Source of the DNA: Kiritimatiellia bacterium
GTDB lineage: Bacteria; Verrucomicrobiota; Kiritimatiellia; CAIKKV01
Assembly (NCBI GenBank): GCA_964201555.1
Contig: CAXNFL010000001.1
Location: 1-41,767, forward strand
Direction: 5' to 3'
DNA length: 41,767 nt
Position numbers and translations under genes: made by a program. Positions 15,111 to 23,461 of the stretch are shown one piece after another; position 1 is the stretch's first letter, and every line of letters begins with the position of its first letter. The notes under the pieces were generated by a model. It had not been told where the DNA came from, ran no database searches, and was given only the letters and a program-made list of their open reading frames with translations.

Positions 15111-15932
15111 ATGACCGCGTCTATGGTTTATATGAATTACATGCAAACCTGTCAGACGTTCATCTATCGGCAAATCGGGGACCTCTCCCTGGAGCTTGAT
15201 CTCTACCGGCCGGAGCCGCAGGCCGGGCTGAGCCCCGCCGTTCTGTTCCTCCACGGCGGCGGCTGGAATGGCGGCAGGCGAACACAATTCTCAAGGCATG
15301 CCCAGCTGTTTGCGGAGGCCGGCTTCGTCGCCGCCACCGCCAGCTACCGGCTTTCCGGCGTGGCGCCCTATCCGGCCGCGCTCGACGACTGCCAGTGCGC
15401 GGTCCGCTGGCTGCGCGCGCACGCGGCGGATTTCCAGCTCGATCCGAATCGCCTCGGGGCCTTCGGCTCCTCGGCGGGCGGCCATCTCGTCGCCTGCCTC
15501 GGCGTGCGCGACACGCGGAGCGATTGCGAGCCCGCGCTCAGCGGATTCTCCAGCCGCGTCCAGGCCGTCGTCGATGTGCACGGCATTCACGACTTCCCCG
15601 CGCTTCTCCCCAGCGGCAAGCTCAGCGAAAGCGCCCCGCTCTTCCTGAACGGCTCTTACGAGGAAAAGCCGGAACTCTGGCGCGACGCCTCGCCCCTGTT
15701 TTTCGTCGACGGTGAAACCGCGCCGATGTTTTTAACCCATGATCCGGACGATCCTACCGTTCCGTATGACCAGACGGTAGCGTTTGCCACGGCCCTGTTG
15801 AAAGCCGCGAGGCCCTTCGAGTTCATGCCGACCCCGGGCTCCGGCCATGGCTTCGTGTATGATCCCGGGCATGTCTGGTCCACGCGCGTCATTCCCCGCG
15901 CCCTCGCCTGGCTCCGCGACCGGTTGTCCTGA
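15111..15932 (+). CDS. Alpha/beta hydrolase (esterase/lipase, HGGG type)
   Basis: Contains VLFLHGGGWNGG (oxyanion HGGG), GAFGSSAGGH (GxSxG nucleophile elbow), then THDPDDPTVP and GSGHGF (candidate Asp and His). Confidence 0.75.
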   Translation: MTASMVYMNYMQTCQTFIYRQIGDLSLELDLYRPEPQAGLSPAVLFLHGGGWNGGRRTQFSRHAQLFAEAGFVAATASYRLSGVAPYPAALDDCQCAVRWLRAHAADFQLDPNRLGAFGSSAGGHLVACLGVRDTRSDCEPALSGFSSRVQAVVDVHGIHDFPALLPSGKLSESAPLFLNGSYEEKPELWRDASPLFFVDGETAPMFLTHDPDDPTVPYDQTVAFATALLKAARPFEFMPTPGSGHGFVYDPGHVWSTRVIPRALAWLRDRLS

Positions 15933-15957
15933 TCGGGGACGGGATCCGGATTATAGT

Positions 15958-15985
15958 TTGATTCTTTCCCGAGTAATGCTAGGCT
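15958..15985 (+). promoter_or_regulatory. Promoter TTGATT-16-TAGGCT, 6 nt from the antitoxin ATG (leaderless candidate)
   Basis: TTGATT cttccc... 16-nt spacer TAGGCT taccac ATG(15992). No SD is present. Confidence 0.45.
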
Positions 15986-15991
15986 TACCAC

Positions 15992-16249
15992 ATGATCGCT
16001 AAAGTATCCACCAAAGGTCAGATGGTCATCCCGGAAGCCCTCCGCGAACAGGCCCACATCCGCGCCGGGGACGAAGTCGATATCGGCTGCGCCAACGGCA
16101 TGATTGTCCTGCGCAAACGCCGCCCCATGACCCCCGCCCGCGTACGGTCCCTGCTTCTGGCGGGAAGCGCGCTGCCCGAAATATCACCCCGTGATGAAGC
16201 CGCCGTGGCCCGGGCCGTCCAGCGGGTGCGCCGCCGGAACGACCCGTGA
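15992..16249 (+). CDS. AbrB/MazE/SpoVT-family antitoxin
   Basis: MIAKVSTKGQMVIPEALREQAHIRAGDEVDI is the swapped-hairpin SpoVT/AbrB signature. The stop overlaps the toxin GTG (GTGA). Confidence 0.8.
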   Translation: MIAKVSTKGQMVIPEALREQAHIRAGDEVDIGCANGMIVLRKRRPMTPARVRSLLLAGSALPEISPRDEAAVARAVQRVRRRNDP

Positions 16250-16668
16250 AGGTCGTCTTCGACACCAACGTCGTCGCGAGCGCTACCTTCTGGCGGGGGG
16301 CCCCCTTTGATTGCCTCGCCGCCTGGGCGCAGGGGCGGCTCGCGGCCGTGGTCAGCCCCTCACTGCTGGCCGAGTACCACGAAACCATCGAGGAGCTGCG
16401 CCAGGAATACCCGGCTCGCCCAAGCGCGGCGTGGGCGGAAGCGTTAACGGATGCGGCCGAGCTCGTTTTCCCCACCGAGCGCGCCCGGGGCGCAACCCCC
16501 GATCCGGACGACGAAATGATCCTCGAATGCGCGCTGGCTGGCGAGGCGGACGTCATCGTCAGCGGCGACAGAAAGCATCTGTTGAGCCTGCGGAAGTTCC
16601 GGGGCATTCCCATTCTCAGCCCTTCGGATTTTCTGCGTTCCCTGCCACCCGCTTTGCGGGGCGATTAA
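16246..16668 (+). CDS. PIN-domain toxin
   Basis: Contains MKVVFDTNVVASA (first acidic residue) and DPDDEMILECALAGEADVIVSGDRKHL. Confidence 0.8.
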   Translation: MKVVFDTNVVASATFWRGAPFDCLAAWAQGRLAAVVSPSLLAEYHETIEELRQEYPARPSAAWAEALTDAAELVFPTERARGATPDPDDEMILECALAGEADVIVSGDRKHLLSLRKFRGIPILSPSDFLRSLPPALRGD

Positions 16669-16688
16669 TACGCCACCTCGTCGAAAGG

Positions 16689-16717
16689 TTGTCTAGGTTG
16701 CCTCAACCTGCTATCGT
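16689..16717 (+). promoter_or_regulatory. Candidate promoter TTGTCT-17-TATCGT for the ABC importer operon
   Basis: The spacer contains the small dyad AGGTTG-CCT-CAACCT. It lies 15-27 nt upstream of the candidate GTG starts. Confidence 0.3.
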
Positions 16718-16744
16718 AGGTGGCTAATCCGAGTGGAGGACTCC

Positions 16745-18097
16745 GTGCGCTCGACCCTGACCGGCATCTTCTTTTTCATCGTGGCGGCACTGCCCTACAT
16801 CGGCATGCTCGGAACCCGCGGCGACTCCGCCGCCGTGCCGCCGCCCGCCTCCGGCTCGCCGCGCCTCACTCTCCTCTCCCCTCACCGGCGCGAGGTGCGC
16901 CTGGAATATTCCCGCGCCTTCCGCGCCTGGATGCAGGCCCGCCACACGCAGGACGTCGAGGTCGTCTGGCTCGACGTGGGCGGCACCTCCAAGATGCTCA
17001 AGGAGATCGAATCCCGCTACGCCGCCAACTCCAACTCCTGCGGCGTGGACCTCATGTTCGGCGGCGGCATCGACCCCTACCTGGGAGCCATCCGCCAGAA
17101 CTGGCTCGTCCCCCCGGCCCCGCCGCCCGCCGCCGCCGCGGGCATTCCCGCCACCGTGGCCGGCTCGCCCGTCAGCGATCCGCGCGGGCTCTGGCACGGC
17201 GTCGCGCTGAGCGGCTTCGGCATCCTCTACAACCGCCCGCTCCTGGAGCGGCTGGGCCTGCCCGAGCCGCGGGACTGGGAGGATCTCGGCCGGCCCGAGT
17301 TCTTCTCCTGGGTCGGCTCCGGCGACCCGCGCTCCTCCGGCTCCGTGCACATGTGCTACGAGATCATCCTCCAGGCCTACGGCTACGAGGCCGGCTGGCC
17401 GCTCATCGCCCGCATCTGCGCCAATGTCCGCTCGTTCGGCGAAAGCGGCGGCACCGTGCCGCGCGAAGTGGCGTCGGGCGACATCGCCGCCGGCATGGCC
17501 ATCGACCAATATGCCCAGACCGTGATCGGGGCCGTGGGCGGCGGCCGGCTGGCCTTCCTCCTCCCGCCCGCCCATACGATCATCAACCCCGACGCCATCG
17601 GCATCCTGCGCGGCGCTCCGAACGGCGAGCTGGCGCGCCAGTTCGTGGAGTTCTCGCTCTCCCCCGAGGGCCAGCGGATCCTCTTCCAGCCGGCCGGCAC
17701 AAACGGCCAGCTCTCCTCCCTCTACCGCATGCCCGTGCGGCCCGAGCTCTACGCCGAGCCCGGGGCGCCCGCCGCCAATCCCTATCACATGCCCGCCGCG
17801 CTGACCTACGACAACGAGAAGGGCTCGCGCCGGTGGAATGTGTTCAACGACCTGGCGGGAGTCTGGCTGATCGACGCGCACCAGGGCCTCCGCCGTGCCT
17901 GGAAGCAGGTGATCGCCCGCGGGTCGCGGCCCGAGGAGGTCGCCCGCCTCTGCGCCCCGCCCCTCACCGAAGCCGAGATGACCGCGCTCACCGCCGTTTG
18001 GAAGGATCCCCGCAAACGCCAGGAAATCATGCGGGACTGGGCCCGGCAGGCCGACGCCCGCTACCAGTCGCTCGCCCAGGAGGAACCCCGCCCGTGA
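16745..18097 (+). CDS. ABC transporter periplasmic substrate-binding protein (Fbp/AfuA/ThiB-like)
   Basis: N-terminal anchor RSTLTGIFFFIVAALPYIGML, followed by an extracellular solute-binding fold (VDLMFGGGIDPY, FGILYNRPLLERLGLPEPRDWEDL). The track start is GTG 16733. I prefer in-frame GTG 16745 because GGAGGA lies 4-5 nt upstream. Confidence 0.7.
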   Translation: MRSTLTGIFFFIVAALPYIGMLGTRGDSAAVPPPASGSPRLTLLSPHRREVRLEYSRAFRAWMQARHTQDVEVVWLDVGGTSKMLKEIESRYAANSNSCGVDLMFGGGIDPYLGAIRQNWLVPPAPPPAAAAGIPATVAGSPVSDPRGLWHGVALSGFGILYNRPLLERLGLPEPRDWEDLGRPEFFSWVGSGDPRSSGSVHMCYEIILQAYGYEAGWPLIARICANVRSFGESGGTVPREVASGDIAAGMAIDQYAQTVIGAVGGGRLAFLLPPAHTIINPDAIGILRGAPNGELARQFVEFSLSPEGQRILFQPAGTNGQLSSLYRMPVRPELYAEPGAPAANPYHMPAALTYDNEKGSRRWNVFNDLAGVWLIDAHQGLRRAWKQVIARGSRPEEVARLCAPPLTEAEMTALTAVWKDPRKRQEIMRDWARQADARYQSLAQEEPRP

Positions 18098-19194
18098 CCC
18101 CCGCCGCCATTACCATCGACTCCCTGACCAAGACCTTCGGCTCCGTGCGCGCGCTCGACGCCGTGTCGCTCGAGATCCAGCCCGGCGAGCTGTTCTTCCT
18201 GCTCGGCCCCTCGGGCTGCGGCAAGACGACGCTGCTGCGCATCCTGGCCGGACTTGAAAAAGCCGACTCCGGCCGTATTCTCTTCGACGGCCGCGACATC
18301 GCCACGCTGCCCCCGCACGAGCGCGGGGCCCCCATGGTCTTCCAGAACTACGCCCTCTGGCCCCATCTCTCCGTGGCCGAGAACATCGCCTTCGGCCTCG
18401 TGGAGCGGAAAGTTCCCAAATCGGAGCGGACCACCCGCGTCGAGGAGGCGCTCCGGAAAGTGGACATGGCGGGACTCGGAAGCCGCACGCCGGGCCAGCT
18501 CTCGGGCGGCCAGCAGCAGCGCGTCGTGCTGGCGCGGGCGCTGGTGCTCAATCCGCGCCTGATCCTGCTGGACGAGCCGCTGTCCAATCTCGACGCCAAG
18601 CTGCGCCACGAAATGCGCGACGAGATCGAATCCCTTCACGCGCGCACGGACATCACCTTCGTCTACGTCACCCACGACCAGGTGGAGGCGCTCTCGCTGG
18701 CCGACCGGATGGCCGTCATGCGCGGCGGCCGCATCCTCGGGCTGGGCGCGCCGGCGGACCTCTATCACCGCCCGCCCAACGCCTTCTGCGCGGGCTTCCT
18801 CGGCGAGGCGAACCTCTTCGAGGCCCAGCTGCCGGCCGGCGCCGCCGCCGGCGCCATCGTCACCATCCCGGGTCCGCTGGGCCCGCTCTCCGCCACGACA
18901 GCTACCTCCGTGCAGGGCGCGGTCATGGTCATGATCCGGCCCGAGCACCTGCGGCCGCTCGGCCTTCCGGGGGCCCCGCCCGCCGCGCCCGACGACAACC
19001 TGTTCGAGGCGAAGGTGCTCAAGGCGCGCATGGTGGGCGCCACCATCGCGGCGCACCTCGACGCCGGCGGCGTGCCGCTGCGCGCCACGCTCCTCAACCG
19101 CGTCGGCGTGACGCCCGCCTCGCTGGAGGGGCGCACGCTGAAATGGGCGGCCGCGCCTTCGGAAACCATTCTCCTGGCCCGGGATCAGCCATGA
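18094..19194 (+). CDS. ABC transporter ATP-binding protein (PotA/FbpC-like with C-terminal TOBE-type domain)
   Basis: Contains [14 protein letters not shown] (Walker A), [15 protein letters not shown] (signature) and [12 protein letters not shown] (Walker B). The GTG start overlaps the upstream TGA, with AGGAGG 9 nt upstream. Only the last 366 codons of the 824-aa track ORF are real. Confidence 0.9.
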   Translation: MTPAAITIDSLTKTFGSVRALDAVSLEIQPGELFFLLGPSGCGKTTLLRILAGLEKADSGRILFDGRDIATLPPHERGAPMVFQNYALWPHLSVAENIAFGLVERKVPKSERTTRVEEALRKVDMAGLGSRTPGQLSGGQQQRVVLARALVLNPRLILLDEPLSNLDAKLRHEMRDEIESLHARTDITFVYVTHDQVEALSLADRMAVMRGGRILGLGAPADLYHRPPNAFCAGFLGEANLFEAQLPAGAAAGAIVTIPGPLGPLSATTATSVQGAVMVMIRPEHLRPLGLPGAPPAAPDDNLFEAKVLKARMVGATIAAHLDAGGVPLRATLLNRVGVTPASLEGRTLKWAAAPSETILLARDQP

Positions 19195-20912
19195 GCGGAG
19201 GCCGCCGTCTATCCCGCTTCGCCGACTCCCTTTCCGGCCTGCCGCTGATCCTGGGGGCCACGGCCTTTCTGGGCGCCTTCCTGATCTGGCCCCTCGCCCA
19301 CGTGTTCGTGAACGCCGTGCGCGACCCCAACGGCGTGACCGGCATCTACCTGATGTATCTGTTCCGCAATCCGGCGGTTCTCCAGGCCATGGGGAACAGC
19401 TTCCTGATCGCGCTGCTGGTCACGATCGCCTGCACGGCCGTGGCGCTGCCGCTGTCCTGGCTGTTCGCGCGGCGGGAGTTCATGGGAAAGGCCTGGTTCG
19501 GCGGCGCCCTGCTGCTGCCCATGATCCTGCCGCCCTTCGTGAGCGCCGTGGGCATGAAGATCCTCTTTGCGCGGGCGGGCGCCCTGAGCACGCTGGCCAT
19601 GAAGCTCGGCGTGGCGGACGGCCCGGTCGACTGGTTCGGCGCCTTTCCGCTCACGGGCATCGTGCTGCTGGAAACGCTGCACCTGTTCCCGATCCTCTAC
19701 CTGAACCTCGTGGCCGCGCTGGCCAACATCGATCCCTCGCTCGAGGAGGCCGCCGCCAACCTGGGCGCCTCGCCGGCCCGCGTCTTCCGCCGCGTCACCC
19801 TGCCCCTCGCCGCGCCCGGCCTCTTTGCCGGCATGGCGCTGATCTTCGTCTGGTCCTTCACGGAGCTCGGCACGCCGCTCGTCTTCGGCCTGCGGCGCGT
19901 GCTGCCGGTCATGATCTACGACGGAATTGCTGAAATCGGGACGAATCCCGCGGCCTACGCGCAGGTGGTCTTCGTGTTGGTCATCGCGGCGATCGGATTC
20001 TGGATCGGCAAGCGGCTGACGGCGCGCCAGCGGAACGTGGCCACGCTCGGCCGCATGAGTGTGGGGCGGCAGGATCAGCGGCTGGGCAAGATGGGAACCT
20101 TGCTGGCCTGGCTGGCGGTCGGCTCGCTGCTGGCCGTGGCCGTGCTGCCGCACCTGAGCGTGCTGATGCTCGCCGTGAGCCGGCGTTGGTTCCTGACCGT
20201 TCTGCCGGAAGGCTGGACGCTGGAGTTCTTCGGCCGCGCCCTGAACGCCGACCTCACCCGCGGCGCGCTGGTCAACAGCCTGGGCCTTTCCCTGGCGGCC
20301 ACGGCGCTCGACGTGGCGCTGGGCTTCGCCATCGCCTGGCTGTGCGTGCGCCGCCGTGCCTTCGGCAGCGACTGGCTCGACACGCTGGCCATGCTGCCGC
20401 TGGCCGTCCCGGGCCTGGTCATTGCCTTCGGCTACCTGGGCGCGTTCGGCTCGACCTTCCGCGGCACGCTGCTGGACCCCCGGTTCAATCCGCTCCTCCT
20501 GCTGGCGGCGGGCTACTCCATTCGCCGCCTGCCGTACATGGTGCGCGCGGCGCACGCGGGTCTCGAGCAGGTGAGCCGCACCTATGAGGAAGCGGCCGCA
20601 AACCTGGGGGCCTCCCCTTGGCGCGTTATCAAGCGCATCACGCTTCCGCTCATCGCGGCCAATCTGCTGGCGGGCGGCATCCTGTGCTTCTCCTTCTCCA
20701 TGCTGGAGGTGAGCGACAGCCTGATCCTGGCGCAAACCGAGCGGTTCTATCCGCTGACCAAGGCGATCTACGCGCTCATGGACGGGCTCGATAACGGGGT
20801 CAACGTGGCGGCCGCCCTGGGCGCCTGGGCCATGGCCATGCTCGGCGCGGGCCTGCTGTGGGCCGGCTGTATTTTAGGCAAGCGGGTGGGCCAGATGTTC
20901 CGCGCCGGGTGA
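19191..20912 (+). CDS. ABC transporter permease, fused double-domain (FbpB/ThiP-like)
   Basis: 573 aa with two BPD-transporter halves, each carrying an EAA-like loop (LEEAAANLGASPARVFRRVTLPL and YEEAAANLGASPWRVIKRITLPL). ATG 19191 overlaps the ATPase stop (ATGA). Confidence 0.85.
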   Translation: MSGGRRLSRFADSLSGLPLILGATAFLGAFLIWPLAHVFVNAVRDPNGVTGIYLMYLFRNPAVLQAMGNSFLIALLVTIACTAVALPLSWLFARREFMGKAWFGGALLLPMILPPFVSAVGMKILFARAGALSTLAMKLGVADGPVDWFGAFPLTGIVLLETLHLFPILYLNLVAALANIDPSLEEAAANLGASPARVFRRVTLPLAAPGLFAGMALIFVWSFTELGTPLVFGLRRVLPVMIYDGIAEIGTNPAAYAQVVFVLVIAAIGFWIGKRLTARQRNVATLGRMSVGRQDQRLGKMGTLLAWLAVGSLLAVAVLPHLSVLMLAVSRRWFLTVLPEGWTLEFFGRALNADLTRGALVNSLGLSLAATALDVALGFAIAWLCVRRRAFGSDWLDTLAMLPLAVPGLVIAFGYLGAFGSTFRGTLLDPRFNPLLLLAAGYSIRRLPYMVRAAHAGLEQVSRTYEEAAANLGASPWRVIKRITLPLIAANLLAGGILCFSFSMLEVSDSLILAQTERFYPLTKAIYALMDGLDNGVNVAAALGAWAMAMLGAGLLWAGCILGKRVGQMFRAG

Positions 20913-20924
20913 CCAGTCCCTTGC

Positions 20925-23171
20925 TCAGCGTGGACGGCGGGAGGGCTTTGCGACCGGAGCGGGCGGAGGCGGAGGCGGCGGAATCGCGCCGCTGTAGATC
21001 ATCACCGGCCGGAGCAGGCCGCCGAGCATCAGCTCCGAAATGCGCTTGTGCCATAGCCTGATTGAAACCACATACTCCGTATCCGGCTTGAGCTTGCCGG
21101 TCAAATCCAGATCATAAGGCTGGCGCGATTTGATATCGGCCGTTTCCATCACCGGCTCGCCATTCAGCCAGACCTTGAGCTGGTTGCCGTCGGGCTCCAT
21201 GAGCCACAGGGCGAGCGGCCCCTCGGGCAGGGTCTTGGGCGTTTTGATCGTGGTGCGATACCACATCCAGGTGAGCTGCTCCGGAATCTGCTGCTCGTTC
21301 AGCGTGGCGGAATAGGTTTTGACCTTTTTCCAGTCGGCCCCGCCCAGGGCGGCCTTATGCCAGCCGTTGGATTCGCCCATGCCGTCCGCGTCGTACCGGA
21401 ACTCCCACTCGTCCGGAAGCGGCATCACCCTTTTGCGTCCGCCCGTCACGCGCGCATAGCCGGACTCCTGCCCCTTCCCGAGAAAACGGGGCGCCAGGCC
21501 GCGCTTGTACTCGCCCACCGGATGGATTTTGGCGGTGAAAATATCATCCATGTGCGCCATCCACTTGTCATAGACAACCTGTGAGGCCTCGAAATCGCAG
21601 CGGTTCACGGCTTCGCGCCAGGCCGCATAGAACTTGGCGTTGTCCAGGCCCATCTGGAACATGGCCACGCGCTTGCCGATGAGCTCATCCCCGGCCGCCG
21701 CCTTGGCCGCCGCGTCCAGATCCGCCTGGCACGCCTTGATCAGTTCCGGCGTCCAGAAGGCGTGCACGCCGGCAAAGCTGCCCGCGTGAACCGGCGTCTC
21801 GCGATAGGCCTTGTCGATGCGCTCCCAGTAGGCTTTCACAAAGGGGGCGGCCGGTCCGCAGAACGTCGTGTAGAAATCATCCATGATGGCGGCCACATCG
21901 CCGTTCGCATCCCACGCCAGCCGGGCGACCAGGTACGTGTGCGGCCCGTAGATGTGCGGCTGATAGAGGCATTCGATATTCAAGGCGATGCAGCCTTGGG
22001 CTTTGAGCCAGGGAATATCCTCTTTCCAGATGCTCATCTTGGAAAACGGCACCGTCATTTCGGCCAGGTTGTAATTGTACTCGCGCCAGCCGATCTTTGA
22101 TTCCACCTTGGCCCAGTCCTGCACCATCCGGCGGCAGCGCTGGCGGGCTTCGCAAAGCGGATTGGACATGCTGTGCACCCGGCAGAAGCGGATCGGCGCC
22201 AGGAACGCGCAAAGATTATCCGGGACATCTTTCGCCTTCCGGGGCGGCAAGGTGTAGTCGGCATAGCCATAGTGACACAGGATGGCGTCGGGATTGACCT
22301 TCTTCACCTCGTTGCCGATAAACTTATAAAACTCCTCATAGCGGTCGGACATCACCGCGGCTCCGGAGCTGGGCTCCAGGTAGGCGGGATCGTCCAGCGC
22401 CTTGCAGCGGTCGCACGGGCAATACCGGGTTCCATCGGGCGGGGAAATGGAGGTGGACATCGCTCCTTTTCCCTCGACTCGCGCGAGGACATTGGACAGG
22501 TACTCGGCGCGATCCTTGGGGTCGGTTGTGCAGAACCAGCGCGGCCAGTTGTGCCCCGAGTTCAGCACCATGCCTCCCTGCCGGTTATGCCGGAGCCAGC
22601 TCGCGTTTTTGCCCCAATTGGGGCCCCAGATCGAGCGGCTGATGAACGAGGGCTGCTGGGCGTCGTTCATCTCCCCCACCTCCAGCGTCTTGAGCGTCGG
22701 CACCACGGTGCCGATATCGTTGTCGATAAACCACCGGCAGCCGAAATTTTCCAGCAGGTGGGCGGTGGCAAAAAAAGTGGACGCCTCGTTTTCGCCGGCC
22801 AGGAGCAAATGATTGCCCTTCAGTTGAAGGCGATAGCCATCCCCTGAAAGCGTTTTGGGCGGCGCGTCCATCCCGGTCTCGCGTGCCAGTTTTCCAACAA
22901 GCACGGCCGGCGTGGCCTCGCCGGGCTTGCCGTCCTTTTCAACGGTCTTCAGCTCCAGCTGGGCGCCGCTCATCTGCTTGATATAGGTGGCCAAATCTTC
23001 GGCCGCCTCCCGGTCAGAAGGCAGGACGGGCTTGCCGGCCACCACGGCCGCTTCATAAAACCAGACAGCCGTTTTGGGCGCTCCATCCTGAACCAGGGTC
23101 AACCCCGCCGCCATCAGGGGAGCTCCGCCCATTCCAACACCGAGAATTGCCGACAGGATGACAGGTCGCAT
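20925..23171 (-). CDS. Secreted DUF4838-like glycoside-hydrolase-related protein with C-terminal sugar-binding-like domain and poly-Pro tail
   Basis: Signal peptide MRPVILSAILGVGMGGAPLMAA. N-domain DGYRLQLKGNHLLLAGENEASTFFATAHLLENFGCRWF and CPCDRCKAL are typical of DUF4838 proteins as I recall them. The C-terminus is PPPPPPPAPVAKPSRRPR. I set the start at ATG 23171 (GGGAGA 6 nt upstream); the track start is TTG 23177. Confidence 0.55.
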   Translation of the reverse strand: MRPVILSAILGVGMGGAPLMAAGLTLVQDGAPKTAVWFYEAAVVAGKPVLPSDREAAEDLATYIKQMSGAQLELKTVEKDGKPGEATPAVLVGKLARETGMDAPPKTLSGDGYRLQLKGNHLLLAGENEASTFFATAHLLENFGCRWFIDNDIGTVVPTLKTLEVGEMNDAQQPSFISRSIWGPNWGKNASWLRHNRQGGMVLNSGHNWPRWFCTTDPKDRAEYLSNVLARVEGKGAMSTSISPPDGTRYCPCDRCKALDDPAYLEPSSGAAVMSDRYEEFYKFIGNEVKKVNPDAILCHYGYADYTLPPRKAKDVPDNLCAFLAPIRFCRVHSMSNPLCEARQRCRRMVQDWAKVESKIGWREYNYNLAEMTVPFSKMSIWKEDIPWLKAQGCIALNIECLYQPHIYGPHTYLVARLAWDANGDVAAIMDDFYTTFCGPAAPFVKAYWERIDKAYRETPVHAGSFAGVHAFWTPELIKACQADLDAAAKAAAGDELIGKRVAMFQMGLDNAKFYAAWREAVNRCDFEASQVVYDKWMAHMDDIFTAKIHPVGEYKRGLAPRFLGKGQESGYARVTGGRKRVMPLPDEWEFRYDADGMGESNGWHKAALGGADWKKVKTYSATLNEQQIPEQLTWMWYRTTIKTPKTLPEGPLALWLMEPDGNQLKVWLNGEPVMETADIKSRQPYDLDLTGKLKPDTEYVVSIRLWHKRISELMLGGLLRPVMIYSGAIPPPPPPPAPVAKPSRRPR

Positions 23172-23424
23172 GATCAATCTCCCAAAAAATTAGCAAAACG
23201 ATTCACAACGTTCTTATACATTAGGTATTCATCTATTTTCTGACAAGGATAATCAAGTTGTTCCGCAGCCCTATCCGAACAACGAAGACCCTCCTCACAC
23301 AGAGACACCAAAACACAGAGAAGCGTATCGGATAACAAATGAATCATCCGCTCCGTGGCTTTGTGTTTCCGTGTGATATCTTACTACAAAGCGCTCATCG
23401 TTTGAGGTTCTCCGCACATTCAAC

Positions 23425-23453
23425 TTGTCCGGGCACCGCGTTCCGACTACCCT
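23425..23453 (+). promoter_or_regulatory. Candidate promoter TTGTCC-17-TACCCT, 8 nt from ATG 23462 (leaderless candidate, weaker)
   Basis: TTGTCC gggcaccgcgttccgac TACCCT atcccgct ATG. No SD is present. Confidence 0.3.
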
Positions 23454-23461
23454 ATCCCGCT

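Noticed and set aside
16720-18093. First ~460 codons of the 824-aa ORF 16720..19194, which suggest a giant fusion protein
   Set aside because: This part is a Pro/Arg/Ala-rich out-of-frame overlap of the substrate-binding protein gene. Only the region from GTG 18094 (AGGAGG upstream, Walker A soon after) is a real ABC ATPase.
16724-20735. Minus-strand ORFs 16724..17881, 18061..19056 and 19209..20735
   Set aside because: They are antisense shadows of the three ABC transporter genes. Their composition is Gly/Arg/Ala/His-rich and they have no recognisable domains.
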